NCBI GenBank assembly: GCA_051313645.2
Contig: JBNRSN020000489.1
Span: 248,001 to 305,789 of the forward strand
From: Centroscyllium fabricii
Lineage: Eukaryota
Length of the DNA: 57,789 nt
Reading direction: 5' to 3'
Below the pieces are notes generated by a model. The model searched no databases. It saw only the letters and a program-made list of their open reading frames with translations, and was not told the DNA's origin. Of the stretch, positions 24,189 to 35,372 are shown in pieces. Every line of letters begins with the position of its first letter. Within the stretch, counting starts at the first letter, position 1. The position numbers and the translations under genes are program-made.

Positions 24189-27077
24189 ATGGAAGGTATA
24201 ATGGATAGGGGAACACAACCTAATAAAGGAAAGCAGACTAGACAGCAAAACAAGGTAGTTTTAGGACAGAGAATGAAAGGCATATACTTTAACGCAAGGA
24301 GTCTGACTAACAAAGTGGATGAGTTAAAGGTATTGGTTGACTCATGGGAATATGATATAGTAGCTATCACGGAGACGTGGCTGAAAGAGGGGCAAGAATG
24401 GCAGCTAAACATTCCGGGGTATAGAATTTTCAGGCGGGACAGGGACGAGGGTAAAAGGGGAGGGGGGGTAGCGATACTGATTAAGGATTCAATCACAGCC
24501 ATTAGGCGGGTCGACCTAATGGACGAATCCTCAAACGAGGCACTATGGGTGGAGGTAAAAAATAAAAAAGGGGGGGGCACCTTACTGGGAGTATATTATA
24601 GACCACCAAACAGTAAAGGGGAGGTAGAGGATAAGATATGTGAACAAATTACGAAGATTAGTGAAAATAATAAAGTAACAATACTAGGGGACTTTAATTT
24701 CCCCAATATCAACTGGGAGAATCAAAGTGTGAGGGGCACGGATGGTTCAGCATTCTTACAATGCAGCCAAGATAATTTTTTGAAACAATATGTGGGGTCA
24801 CCTACAAGGGGGGGGGCGGTACTAGACCTAATACTTGGGAACGAGGACGGGCAGATAGAGGAGGTAACAGTGGGGGAGCACTTCGGGGATAGCGACCACA
24901 ATTCAGTTAGTTTCAAGATTGTAATGGAGAAAGATAAAAATGGACCAGGGGTAAAAATACTTAACTGGGGGAAGGCGGATTTCAATAAAATTAGGAACGA
25001 TGTAACCGCAGTAGATTGGGGCCATCTCCTCAGAGGAAGATCTGCATCAGAGCAGTGGGAGGCCTTCAGAGGGGAAGTCGGGAAGATACAGGAGGAACAT
25101 GTTCCTGCAAAAATTAAGGGTGGGGGAGACAAACAAAGGGAACCTTGGATGTCTAGGGATATATGTAAACTAATGAAGAAAAAAAGGGGGGCTTTTAACG
25201 AATATAAACGGCTAAAAACTGAGGAGGCACTAGGGGAGTATAAGAAATATAGGGGGGATTTAAAGAAGGAGATAAGAAAAGCCAAGAGAGGTCATGAGAT
25301 TACAATGGCCAGTAAAATCAAGGATAACCCTAAGGCATTTTATAGTTATATAAAAAACAAAAGGATCACGAGGGAAAGGGTGGGGCCCATAAAAGACGAT
25401 AGCGGAAAGCTGTGCGTCGAGCCCGAGGAGGTGGGGGAGGTACTAAATGAATTCTTCTCTTCAGTATTCACAAGAGAGAGGGACGATACCGAAATCGAAG
25501 TCGGACAGAGTGTAGGGGGGGTAATTGAGGATATTACCATTACAAGGGAAGAAGTTCTAGAAATCTTGGGAGGCTTAAAGGTGGACAAATCACCAGGGCC
25601 GGACGCAATGTTCCCCAGGCTGCTGTTCGAGGCCAGGGAGGAGCTTGCGGGCCCCCTGTCTCAAATCTTCAGGACCTCTCTCGCGTCAGGGGATGTGCCT
25701 GAGGACTGGAGAACGGCTAATGTAGTACCCTTGTTTAAAAAGGGTAGTAGGGACAAACCGGGCAACTACAGGCCAATCAGTCTTACATCTGTAGTGGGGA
25801 AAGTAATGGAAAAAATTCTGAGGGATAAAATCAGTTCGCATTTGGACAACCAAGGTCTAATAAGAGACAGTCAGCATGGCTTCGTCAAAGGTAAGTCGTG
25901 CCTGACCAATCTGTTGGAATTCTTCGAGGAAGTAACAAAGAGGGTGGATGAAGGGAGTACTGTGGACGTAGTATATATGGACTTTAGCAAAGCTTTTGAT
26001 AAAGTCCCACATAGGAGACTAATAACAAAGGTTAGAGCGCACGGGATACAGGGTAACTTGGCACAGTGGATCGAAAACTGGCTGGGGGATAGGAGACAAA
26101 GGGTAATGGTAGAGGGCTGCTTCTGTGACTGGAAACCAGTAACCAGTGGCGTCCCCCAAGGATCGGTTTTGGGACCCTTACTGTTTCTAGTATACATCAA
26201 CGATTTGGATATGGGAGTAGGGGGTACAATCAGCAAATTCGCTGATGATACGAAAATCGGAAGGGTGGTAAACAACGATGAGGATAGTAAGGGGCTTCAG
26301 GAGGATATAGATATAATGGTTAATTGGGCAGAAAAATGGCAAATGGAGTTCAACCCAGAGAAATGCGAGGTCATTCAATTCGGTAGACCAAATGGGGTAA
26401 GGGAATATACCATGAACAACAAAACGTTAAATAGGACCGAGGAGCAGAGGGACCTGGGGGTACAGGTGCACAGCTCCCTGAAGGTTGCTGGACACGTTAA
26501 CAAGGTGGTTAAGAAGGCATACGGAATCCTCGCCTTTATTAACCAGGGCATAGTATACAAAAGTAGGGAGGTAATGTTAAACCTGTATAACACACTGGTG
26601 AGACCTCAGCTGGAGTACTGTGTGCAGTTCTGGTCACCGCACTACAGGAAGGATGTGGCTGCCCTGGAGAGGGTGCAGAGAAGGTTTACCAGGATGATAC
26701 CTGGTCTGGCGGACCTATGCTACGAGGAAAGGCTGGACAGGCTGGGGTTGTTTGCCTTGGAGAAAAGAAGGTGGAGGGGTGACATGATTGAGGTGTACAA
26801 GATCATGAGGGGACACGATAGGGTAGACAAAGGGGCATTGTTTCCCCTGGTGGGAGAGTCAAGCACTAGGGGACATAGATTCAAGATCAGGGGGGGGAGG
26901 TTTAGGGGGGAGGTAAGGAGAAATTTCTTTACCCAGAGGGTGGTGGAAGACTGGAACTCCCTGCCTGTGAGGGTGGTGGAGGCAGGAACCATCACAACAT
27001 TTAAAAAATACTTGGACCAGCACATGAAGGACCATAACATACAGGGTTATGGGCCAGGTGCGGGCAACTGGGGTTAG
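24189..27077 (+). CDS. CR1 ORF2, APE endonuclease plus reverse transcriptase (alternative start 24273)
   Basis: YFNARSL, ITETW, GDFN, SDH (endonuclease); NYRPISLTS, QHGF, DFSKAFD, GVPQGS, FADDTK (RT). Confidence 0.97.
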   Translation: MEGIMDRGTQPNKGKQTRQQNKVVLGQRMKGIYFNARSLTNKVDELKVLVDSWEYDIVAITETWLKEGQEWQLNIPGYRIFRRDRDEGKRGGGVAILIKDSITAIRRVDLMDESSNEALWVEVKNKKGGGTLLGVYYRPPNSKGEVEDKICEQITKISENNKVTILGDFNFPNINWENQSVRGTDGSAFLQCSQDNFLKQYVGSPTRGGAVLDLILGNEDGQIEEVTVGEHFGDSDHNSVSFKIVMEKDKNGPGVKILNWGKADFNKIRNDVTAVDWGHLLRGRSASEQWEAFRGEVGKIQEEHVPAKIKGGGDKQREPWMSRDICKLMKKKRGAFNEYKRLKTEEALGEYKKYRGDLKKEIRKAKRGHEITMASKIKDNPKAFYSYIKNKRITRERVGPIKDDSGKLCVEPEEVGEVLNEFFSSVFTRERDDTEIEVGQSVGGVIEDITITREEVLEILGGLKVDKSPGPDAMFPRLLFEAREELAGPLSQIFRTSLASGDVPEDWRTANVVPLFKKGSRDKPGNYRPISLTSVVGKVMEKILRDKISSHLDNQGLIRDSQHGFVKGKSCLTNLLEFFEEVTKRVDEGSTVDVVYMDFSKAFDKVPHRRLITKVRAHGIQGNLAQWIENWLGDRRQRVMVEGCFCDWKPVTSGVPQGSVLGPLLFLVYINDLDMGVGGTISKFADDTKIGRVVNNDEDSKGLQEDIDIMVNWAEKWQMEFNPEKCEVIQFGRPNGVREYTMNNKTLNRTEEQRDLGVQVHSSLKVAGHVNKVVKKAYGILAFINQGIVYKSREVMLNLYNTLVRPQLEYCVQFWSPHYRKDVAALERVQRRFTRMIPGLADLCYEERLDRLGLFALEKRRWRGDMIEVYKIMRGHDRVDKGALFPLVGESSTRGHRFKIRGGRFRGEVRRNFFTQRVVEDWNSLPVRVVEAGTITTFKKYLDQHMKDHNIQGYGPGAGNWG

Positions 27078-28386
27078 TACAGTGAGGAGTTTTCCTGGGC
27101 CGGTGCGGACTGGATGGGCCGAATGGCCCTTATCCGCACTGTAAAATTTCTATGATTTCTATGATTTCTATGATAACATACCCTTTATAAATATATGCTG
27201 GCTCGCTGATCAGTTCACCCTGTCCCTAATAACAGATTCTAGTCACTTCCCCACAACAGATATTAGACTAAAAGGCCTATAATTTCCTAGTTTCTCTCAC
27301 CCACCCTTCATAAATAATGGAGTGACATTGGCAATTTTCCAATGCAAGGGGACAATTCTTAAATCAAAAGAGCCTTGGAAGATGATGACTAACACTTTTA
27401 AAATGTCTTCACCTGCTTCAATACCCTGGGATGAAAACCATCAGATTCTAGGGATTTGTCAATCTTCAGTCATTATTTTCTCCATTACTATTTTTGTACT
27501 TTTATTAAATCTGGTAAGTTCCCCCACCCCGATTAATTTTTATTTTTCCGCCTATCTCTGGCACTTTATCCTCTTCCTCTACTATGCGGGCACCTACAAG
27601 AAGTATGAGAATAAGATAGGGAGTACCATTGCTTCTCCTGAGAAGCCTGGATGGTGGGGATCCAACATCTGTCACATTCCAACTTTGAGAAGCAGTCTGA
27701 AGCATAATGGAAAAAACCACTGCATAAAAAAAGTTTCCAACCTGCTGATACCAAATTTAAAGATCTCCAGCCTCTTCTGTTTCAAGAACTACTCGGTCCA
27801 TCTTGACAGCTGCTGCCCCTCACTGACTTACCCCAGCTGCAGCAGTGGTCCAACTCCAGGTGCATGCCTTAGATGCTTCTTTTTGTGCCTTTACCAATAT
27901 AACAGGAAAGCGTACTTCTGGCGCATAATGAGTGTGCGTGACCTAGCTGCCATATTTCATGCTTAAGCATCTGTTTTGTGCCTTAAAAATATCATGGTGC
28001 CATTGACTTTCTAGGCCGCGATGTTCAAATTTAAGATCAGAATTTGAGGGTGCATTGTGGCTTTGGTAGCCTTAATAGTAAGTTCCTACTCTCAAATTGC
28101 GCTTGTAAAGGAAGCATGAGTCACGTTAACATTCCCAGTTGTAACATGAAAACTAAGCAAGATTTAATTCTTAACATGAAATCTTGTGTTTCAAACTGGA
28201 CTTATGCCAGATTATGTTTAACATCTATCCATTTGTAACAATATACTGCATAGAGGGAAAATGCAGTCATCGACTGGTTGGGCCAAATAGCCTGTTTCCT
28301 TGTTGTAACTTCTATGTATTTCTATGTACAGAACTTACCTCTTATAGCAACTGATATTGTTTGTTTCATTTGTTCCATCTGAACAC

Positions 28387-30692
28387 ATGACCTGCCAATT
28401 TAATAACAGGTCACAAATGTAACACCGCTATTCAAGAAAGGAGGGAGAGAAAAAACAGGGAACTGCAGGCCAGTTAGTCTGACATCAGTCGTCGGGAAAA
28501 TGCTGGAATCCATCGTTAAGGAAGTAGTATCAGGACACTTACTCATAACATGATTAGGCAGAGTCAACATGGTTTTATGAAAGGGAAATTGTGTTTGACT
28601 AACTTATCAGTTTTTTGAAGATGTAACTAGCAGGGTAGATAAAGGGTAACCAGTGGATGTAGTATACCCTGTATTTGGATTTCCAAAAGGCATTCGATAA
28701 GGAGCCACATAAAAGGTTATTACACAAGGGTAGAGCTCATAGGGTTGGGGGTAAAATATTAGTATAGATAGAACAGACAGCAAACAGATTAGGGATAAAG
28801 TGATTTTTTTCAGGTTGTCAGGCTGTAACTAGTGGGGTGCCACAAGGATCAGTGTTGGGGCCTCAGCTATTTACAATCTATATTAATGACCTAGATGAAG
28901 GGACCGAGTGTAATGTAGAGGGAGGGAAAAATGGGAGGGAGGGTGATGAATGAGGAGGACATTAAAAACCTGCAAAAGGACATAGATAGGCTAAGTGAGT
29001 GGGCAGAGATTTGGCAGATGGAGTATAATACTGGAAAATGTGAAGTTATGCACTTTGGCAGGAAAAATAATAGAGCGAGTTATTATCTAAATGGAAAGGA
29101 ACTGGAAAGTACTTCAGTGCAAAGGGATCTGGGGGTCCTGGTGCAGGGGACACAAAAAGTTAATATGCAGGTGCAGCAGGTGGTAAGGAAGGCCAATGGA
29201 ATGTTGACTTTTATTGCTAGGGGGATTGAGTATAAAAGCAGGGAGGTCTTGCTGCAGTTGTACAGGGTATTGGTGAGACCACACCTGGAATACTGCGTGC
29301 AGTTCTGGTGTCCCTATTTAAGAAAGGACATACTTGCTCTCGAGGCAGTGCAGAGAAGATTCACGAGGTTAATTCCGGGGATGAGGGGGCTAACATATGA
29401 CGAGAGGCTGAGTGGATTGGGCCTCTACTCATTGGCGTTCAGAAGAATGAGAGGCGATCTTATTGAAATATATAAGATTGTGAGAGGGCTTGATCGGGTG
29501 GATGCGGTGAGGATGTTCCCAATGGTGGGTGAGACTAGGACTAGGGGGCATAATCTTAAAATAAGGAGCTCCCATTTCAAAACTGAGATGAGGGGGAACT
29601 TCTTTACTCAGAGGGTGGTGCGGCTGTGGAATTTGCTGCCCCAGAGAGCTGTAGAAGCTACTACGTTGAATAAATTTAAAACTGAGATAGACAGTTTCCT
29701 GGAATTAAAGGGAATTAGGGGTTATGGTGAACGGGCTGGTAAGTGGACGTGAGGCTAGGTTCAGATCGGCCATGTGATCTCCTGGACCAGTTTTCGATCG
29801 CCTAGATGGGTTGGAGAGGAATTTTCCTGGTTTTTTTTTTCTCTCCAAAATTGGCTACTTTTTTTTTTTAATCTGGTTTTTCACCTCTCCCAGGTGATCA
29901 CATTGGTCTGGGCGGGGTGGAGAGTAAAAATAAAATTGAGGTTAGGATCAGATCAGCCATGATCTTGTTGAATGGCGGAGCAGGCTCGAGGGGCCGATTG
30001 GCCTACTCCTGCTCCTATTTCTTATGTTCTTATGTATCCAAGTTTGCTGATGATACAAAGCTAGATAGGACAGTAAGCTGTGAGAACACAAAGCGTCTGC
30101 AAAGGGATATAGATAGGCTAAGCGAGTGGGCAGTAAGGTGGCAGATGGAGTATAATGTCAGGAAATGAGAGGTTATTCACTTTGGTAGGAAGAATAGAAA
30201 AGCAGAATATTTTTTAAATGGTGAGAAACTTTCAAATGTTGGTGTTCAGAGAGATTTGGGTGTCCTCGTGCAAGAAACAGAAAGCTAGCATGCAGGTAGA
30301 GCAAGCAATAAGGAAGGCAAATGGCATGTTGGTCTTTATTGCAAGGGGGGCTGGAATATAGGAGTAAGGAAGTCTTGCTACAATTGTACAGGGCCTTGGT
30401 GAGTCCACACCTGGAGTACTGTGCACAGTTTTGGTCCCCTTATCCAAGGAAGGATTTACTTGCCTTGGAGGCGGTGGAACGAAGATTCACTAGATTGATT
30501 TCTGGGATGAGAGAGCAATCCTATGATGAGCGATTGTGTAGAATGGGCATATACTCTCTGGGGTTTAGACGAATGAGAGGTGATCTCATTGAAACATACA
30601 AGATTCTAAAGGGGATTGACAGGGTAGATGCTGAGAGGTTGATTCCCCCTGGCTGGAGTATCTAGAACTAGGGGGCATAGTCTCAGGATAAG
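28387..30692 (+). mobile_element. Older CR1 RT fragment split by a younger CR1
   Basis: ..gagtgtaatgta ends at 28918 and resumes tccaagtttgctgatgat at about 30037. Confidence 0.85.
28919..30036 (+). mobile_element. Younger 5'-truncated CR1 with long 3' UTR
   Basis: Open ORF 28931-29752; tail ttcttatgttcttatg. Confidence 0.93.
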
Positions 30693-31087
30693 GAGCAGGG
30701 ATGAGGACAGACGTGCGGGAGATAGAACGGACACGGTCGAGGGCCATGTCAAAAATCGGTAGAGGGGAATCCTCGGTTGAGGAAAAAAGACATGTCGGAA
30801 GCACCCCTTCCCCTTCGCCCAGCACCTTCCCTTGCAAGCGCAGGAGATGCAACACCTGCCCTTATACCTTCCCACTGTCCAGGGCCCCAAACACCCCTTC
30901 CAGGTGAAACAGCGATTTACTTGTACTTCTTACAATCTAGCATACTGTAGCCGCTGCTCACGATGTGGTCTCCTCTACATTGGGGAGACCAAACGCAGAT
31001 TGGGTTACCGCTTTGCGGAACACCTCCGTTCAGTCCGTAAGGGTGAACCTGAGCTTCCGGTCGCCTGTCATTTCAATTCACTGCTCC
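30693..31087 (+). mobile_element. Penelope fragment with inverted 5' segment; continues at 42322-42565
   Basis: 30693-30803 matches Penelope in antisense, 30804-31087 in sense (CSRCGLLYIGETKRRLG). Confidence 0.8.
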
Positions 31088-31329
31088 ATTAATGATTTGG
31101 ATATGAATGTAAAAGGTATGATCAGTAAGTTCGCAGATGACACGAAAATTGGTGGGGTGGTAAATAGCAAGGAGGGAAGCCTTAGTCTGCAGGACAATAT
31201 AGATTGGTTGGTCAGATGGGCGCCACAGTGGCAAATGGAATTTAACCCTGAAAAGAGTGAGGTGATGCATTGTGAAAGGACTAACAAAGCAAAGGAATAT
31301 ACAATGAATGGTAAGACCCTAGGAAACAT

Positions 31330-34300
31330 TTACAAAGAAATCCAACTTAATTTAATAAGTAAGTTAAATCTCAGTAAATAAGGGTTAAGTCATGGCAGAG
31401 CAGCTCAGACCCGTGTCCTGCTCCTCCTGTGCAATGTGGGAAGTCAGGCACACTTCCAGTGTCCCTGACAACTATGTGTGCAGGAAGTGTGTCCAGCTGC
31501 AGCTCCTGACGGTCCGCATGTCGGAGCTGGAGCTGCGGATGGACTCACTCTGGAGCATCCACGAAGCTGAGAAGGTTGTGGATAGCACATTCAGTAAGTT
31601 GGTCACACCGCAGGTTAAGGCTAGCTCAGACAGTATATGGGTGACCAAAAGAAAAAGCAATGTCAGGAAGGTAGTGCAGGGGTCCCCTGCAGTCATCTCC
31701 CTCCAAAACAGGTTTACCTTTTTGGGTGCTGTTGGGGGAGATGACTTATCAGGGGAAGGCACCAGCAGCCAGGTTCATGGCACCATGACTGGCTCTGCTG
31801 CACAGAAGGGCGGGAAAAAGAGTGGCAGGGCTATAGTGATAGGGGATTCAATTGTAAGGGGAATAGACAGGAGTTTCTGTGGCCGTCACCGAGATACCAA
31901 GAAGGTGTGTTGCCTCCCTGGTGCAAGGGTCAAGGATGTCTGAGCGGGTGCAGAGCATTCTGGAGGGGGAGGGTGAACAGCCAGTTGTCGTGGAACATGT
32001 AGGTACCAACGATGTAGGTAAAAAAAGGGAGGAGGTCCTACAAGCTGAATTTAGGGAGTTAGGAGATAAATTAAAAAGTAGGACCTCAAAGGTAGTAATC
32101 TCTGGATTGCTACCAGTGCCACGAGCTAATAAGAATAGAGAGAGCAGGATAGTTAGGCTAAATACGTGGCTTAAGCAGTGGTGCAAGAGGGAGGGATTTA
32201 AATTCCTGAGGCATTGGAACCAGTTCTGGGGGAGGTCGGACCTGTACCAAAGGGACGGTCTGCACTTGAACGGAGATGGAAAAGATGTCCTCGGGCTAAT
32301 ATTTACTAAAGCGGTTCGGGAGGTTTTAAACTAGTATGGCAGGGGGGTGGGAACCTAGGTAGTGGAAAAGAGGGAGGTCATAGGAAGCCAGAAACAAATG
32401 GTAGGAAGGTGAGAAACAATAAGCAAGGGAGAGAAACACAAAGGGCCAAACGAATTCATAATAGTGTGATCAAAACAAGCATAAAGGCTTTGTATCTTAA
32501 TGCAAGAAGCATTAGGAACAAGGTGGATGAACTAGGTGTGGAAATAGAGGTAAGCAAATATGAGTTGATTGGAATTACGGAAACATGGGTGCAGGGTGGG
32601 CAAGGCTGGGAACTCAACATCCCGGGGTATACAACATTCAGAAAGGATCGGCACAAAAGAAAGGGAGGTGGGGTGGCATTGCTGGTGAAAGAGGGGATAA
32701 ATGCAATTGAAAGGAAGGATATTAACTCAGATGATACGGAATCTATATGGGTAGAACTAAGAAATAGTAAAGGGCGGAAAACATTAGTGGGAGTTATATA
32801 CAGGCCTCCAAATAGTAATATGGAGGTGGGGGACGGCATAAAAAGGGAAATTAGAGAAGCTTGCAATAAGGGCACAGCTGTCGTCATGGGCGACTTTAAT
32901 CTACATATTGATTGGACTAGCCAAGTTAGTAAAAATACTGAGGAGGAGGAATTCCTAGAATGTCTACGGGACGGGTATCTGGACCAATATGTCGAGGAAC
33001 CAACTCGGGATCAGGCCATTTTAGACTGGGTATTGTGCAATGAGAAGGGACTAATTAGCAATCTAGTTGTACGAGGCCCCTTGGGTCGGAGCGATCATAA
33101 TATGATCGAATTCTCAGTTGAGATGGAAAGTGAAAAGATCAACTCAAAGACTAGGGTCCTGAATTTAAATAAAGGGAATTATGAAGGTATGAGAAGGGAA
33201 TTAAGTAAGATAGATTGGGCAGTGTTTCTGGGGGGATTGAATGTGGATAGACAATGGCAAGCATTCAAGTATAGGATGGAAGAATTACAGAACTCGTTCA
33301 TACCGGTTTGGCATAAGAATAAACCTAGAAAGGTGACTCAACCGTGGATAACAAGGGAAATAAGGGACAACATTAAATCCAAAAAATGGGCATATCAATT
33401 GGCCAAAAAAAGTACCAGGCCGGAAGATTGGGAGCAGTTCAGGATACAGCAAAGGAAGACAAAGGGATTAATCAGGAGGGGGAAGATAGATTACGAATGT
33501 AAGCTTGCGGCAAACATAAAAACTGACTGCAAAAGCTTTTATAGGTACATCAAGAGGAAAAGATTGGTAAAATCCCAAGTCGGTCCCTTGCAGTCCGATT
33601 CAGGGGAATATATAATGGGGAATAAAGAAATGGCAGACCAACTAAATTCATATTTTGGTTCTGTCTTCACAAAGGAGGACACAAGCAACCTCCCTGGGAT
33701 AGCAGCGAACATAGGGTCTAATGCAAGGGAGGAGCTGACAGAAATCAGTATTTCTAGGGAGATGGGGAAGTTGAAGGGATTGAAGGTCGACAAATCCCCA
33801 GGGCCTGATAATCTACATCCTAGGGTACTTAAAGAGGTGGCCCTGGAAATAGCGGGTGCTTTAAGGATCATTTTCCAGAACTCGATAGACTCTGGATCAG
33901 TACCCACGGATTGGAGGGTGGCTAATGTTACCCCACTATTTAAAAAGGGGGGCAGAGAGAAAGCAGGGAATTATAGACCAGTAAGCCTTACATCAGTAGT
34001 GGGCAAAATGCTCGAGTCCATTATCAAGGATGTAATCTCGGAGCATTTGACAATTAGGGATGAGATCGGACAGAGTCAACATGGATTTACAAAAGGTAAA
34101 TCATGTTTAACTAATCTATTGGAATTCTTTGAGGAAGTAACTCGGAAAATAGATGGGGGAGAGCCAGTAGATGTGGTGTACCTTGACTTCCAGAAAGCCT
34201 TCGATAAGGTTCCACATAAAAGATTGGCATGTAAAATTGAGGCTCATGGGATTGGGGGCAAAGTTTTGATGTGGCTAAAGAACTGGTTGGCAGACAGAAA

Positions 34301-35372
34301 ACAGAGAGTTGGAATTAACGGCTCGTTTTCTGAGTGGCAGCCGGTGACTAGTGGGGTACCGCAGGGGTCTGTCCTGGGACCCCAGCTGTTTACAATATAT
34401 ATTAATGATCTGGATCAGGGAATTGAATGTAATATCTCCAAATTCGCGGATGACACCAAACTTGGAGGGGGGCGGGCTCTGAAGAGTGTGTCAGGAAGTT
34501 ACAGGGCGATTTGGATAAGTTGGGGGACTGGGCAGATAGATGGCAGATGCACTATAATGTGGATAAATGTGAGGTTATCCACTTTGGGGGCAAAAACAGG
34601 AGGGTAGATTATTACTTAAATGGCAATAGATTGGGAGATGGGGAGGTGCAAAGAGACCTGGGTGTTCTTGTGCACCAGTCGCTGAAGGCGAGCACGCAGG
34701 TGCAGCAGGCGGTTAGGAAGGCAAATGGTATGTTGGCCTTCATATCAAGAGGGTTCGAGTATAGGAATAAGGATACCTTACTACAGCTGTACAAGGCACT
34801 GGTGAGACCACACCTCGAGTATTGTGTACAGTTCTGGTCGCCTCGCCTGAGAAAGGATGTTCTTGCCATGGAGGGAGTGCAGCGGCGTTTCACCAGGCTG
34901 ATTCCTGGAATGGCAGGAATGACCTACGAGGAGAGATTATGTAGTCTGGGCTTGTACTCGTTGGAGTTTAGAAGATTGAGAGGCGATCTCATTGAGACGT
35001 ATAAAATTCTGAAGGGTCTGGACTGGTTAGATTCAGAGAGAATGTTTCCAATGGTGGGGGAGTCCAGAACCAGGGGCCACGGTCTAAGAATAAGGGGTAA
35101 ACCATTTAGGACAGACATGAGGAAGAATTTCTTCACTCAGAGTGGTGGGCCTGTGGAATTCCTTGCCACAGAGGGCGGTGGAGGCCAGTTCATTAAATAT
35201 ATTCAAGAGGGAATTGGATATATTTCTTCAAGCTAAAGGGATTAAAGGTTACGGAGAAAAGGCGGGGACGGGGTACTAGCTTACTAAAGATCAGCCATGA
35301 TCTCATTGAATGGCGGAGCAGGCTCGAAGGGCTGAATGGCCTACTCCTGCTCCTATCTTCTATGATTCTATG
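31330..35372 (+). mobile_element. Near full-length CR1 (ORF1 31392-32334, ORF2 about 32409-35279) with a few frameshifts
   Basis: ORF1 CSSCAMWE..CRKC plus esterase, shifted near 31940; ORF2 endonuclease and RT, shifted near 34470 and 35140; (ttctatga) tail. Confidence 0.95.

Larger units (their letters stand above)
23578..27172 (+). mobile_element. Young CR1 LINE, 5'-truncated within ORF1, ORF2 intact
   Basis: Open esterase ORF, open 962-aa ORF2, 3' stem-loop region and (tttctatga)x3 tail. Confidence 0.97.
23155..27560 (-). mobile_element. Old CR1 RT fragment hosting the young CR1
   Basis: Degenerate RT motifs at 23155-23575 continue at 27175-27560. Confidence 0.7.

Noticed and set aside
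27322-27966. 214-aa ORF as a novel gene
   Set aside because: GTG start, partly antisense to a decayed CR1, no recognisable domain or splice support.
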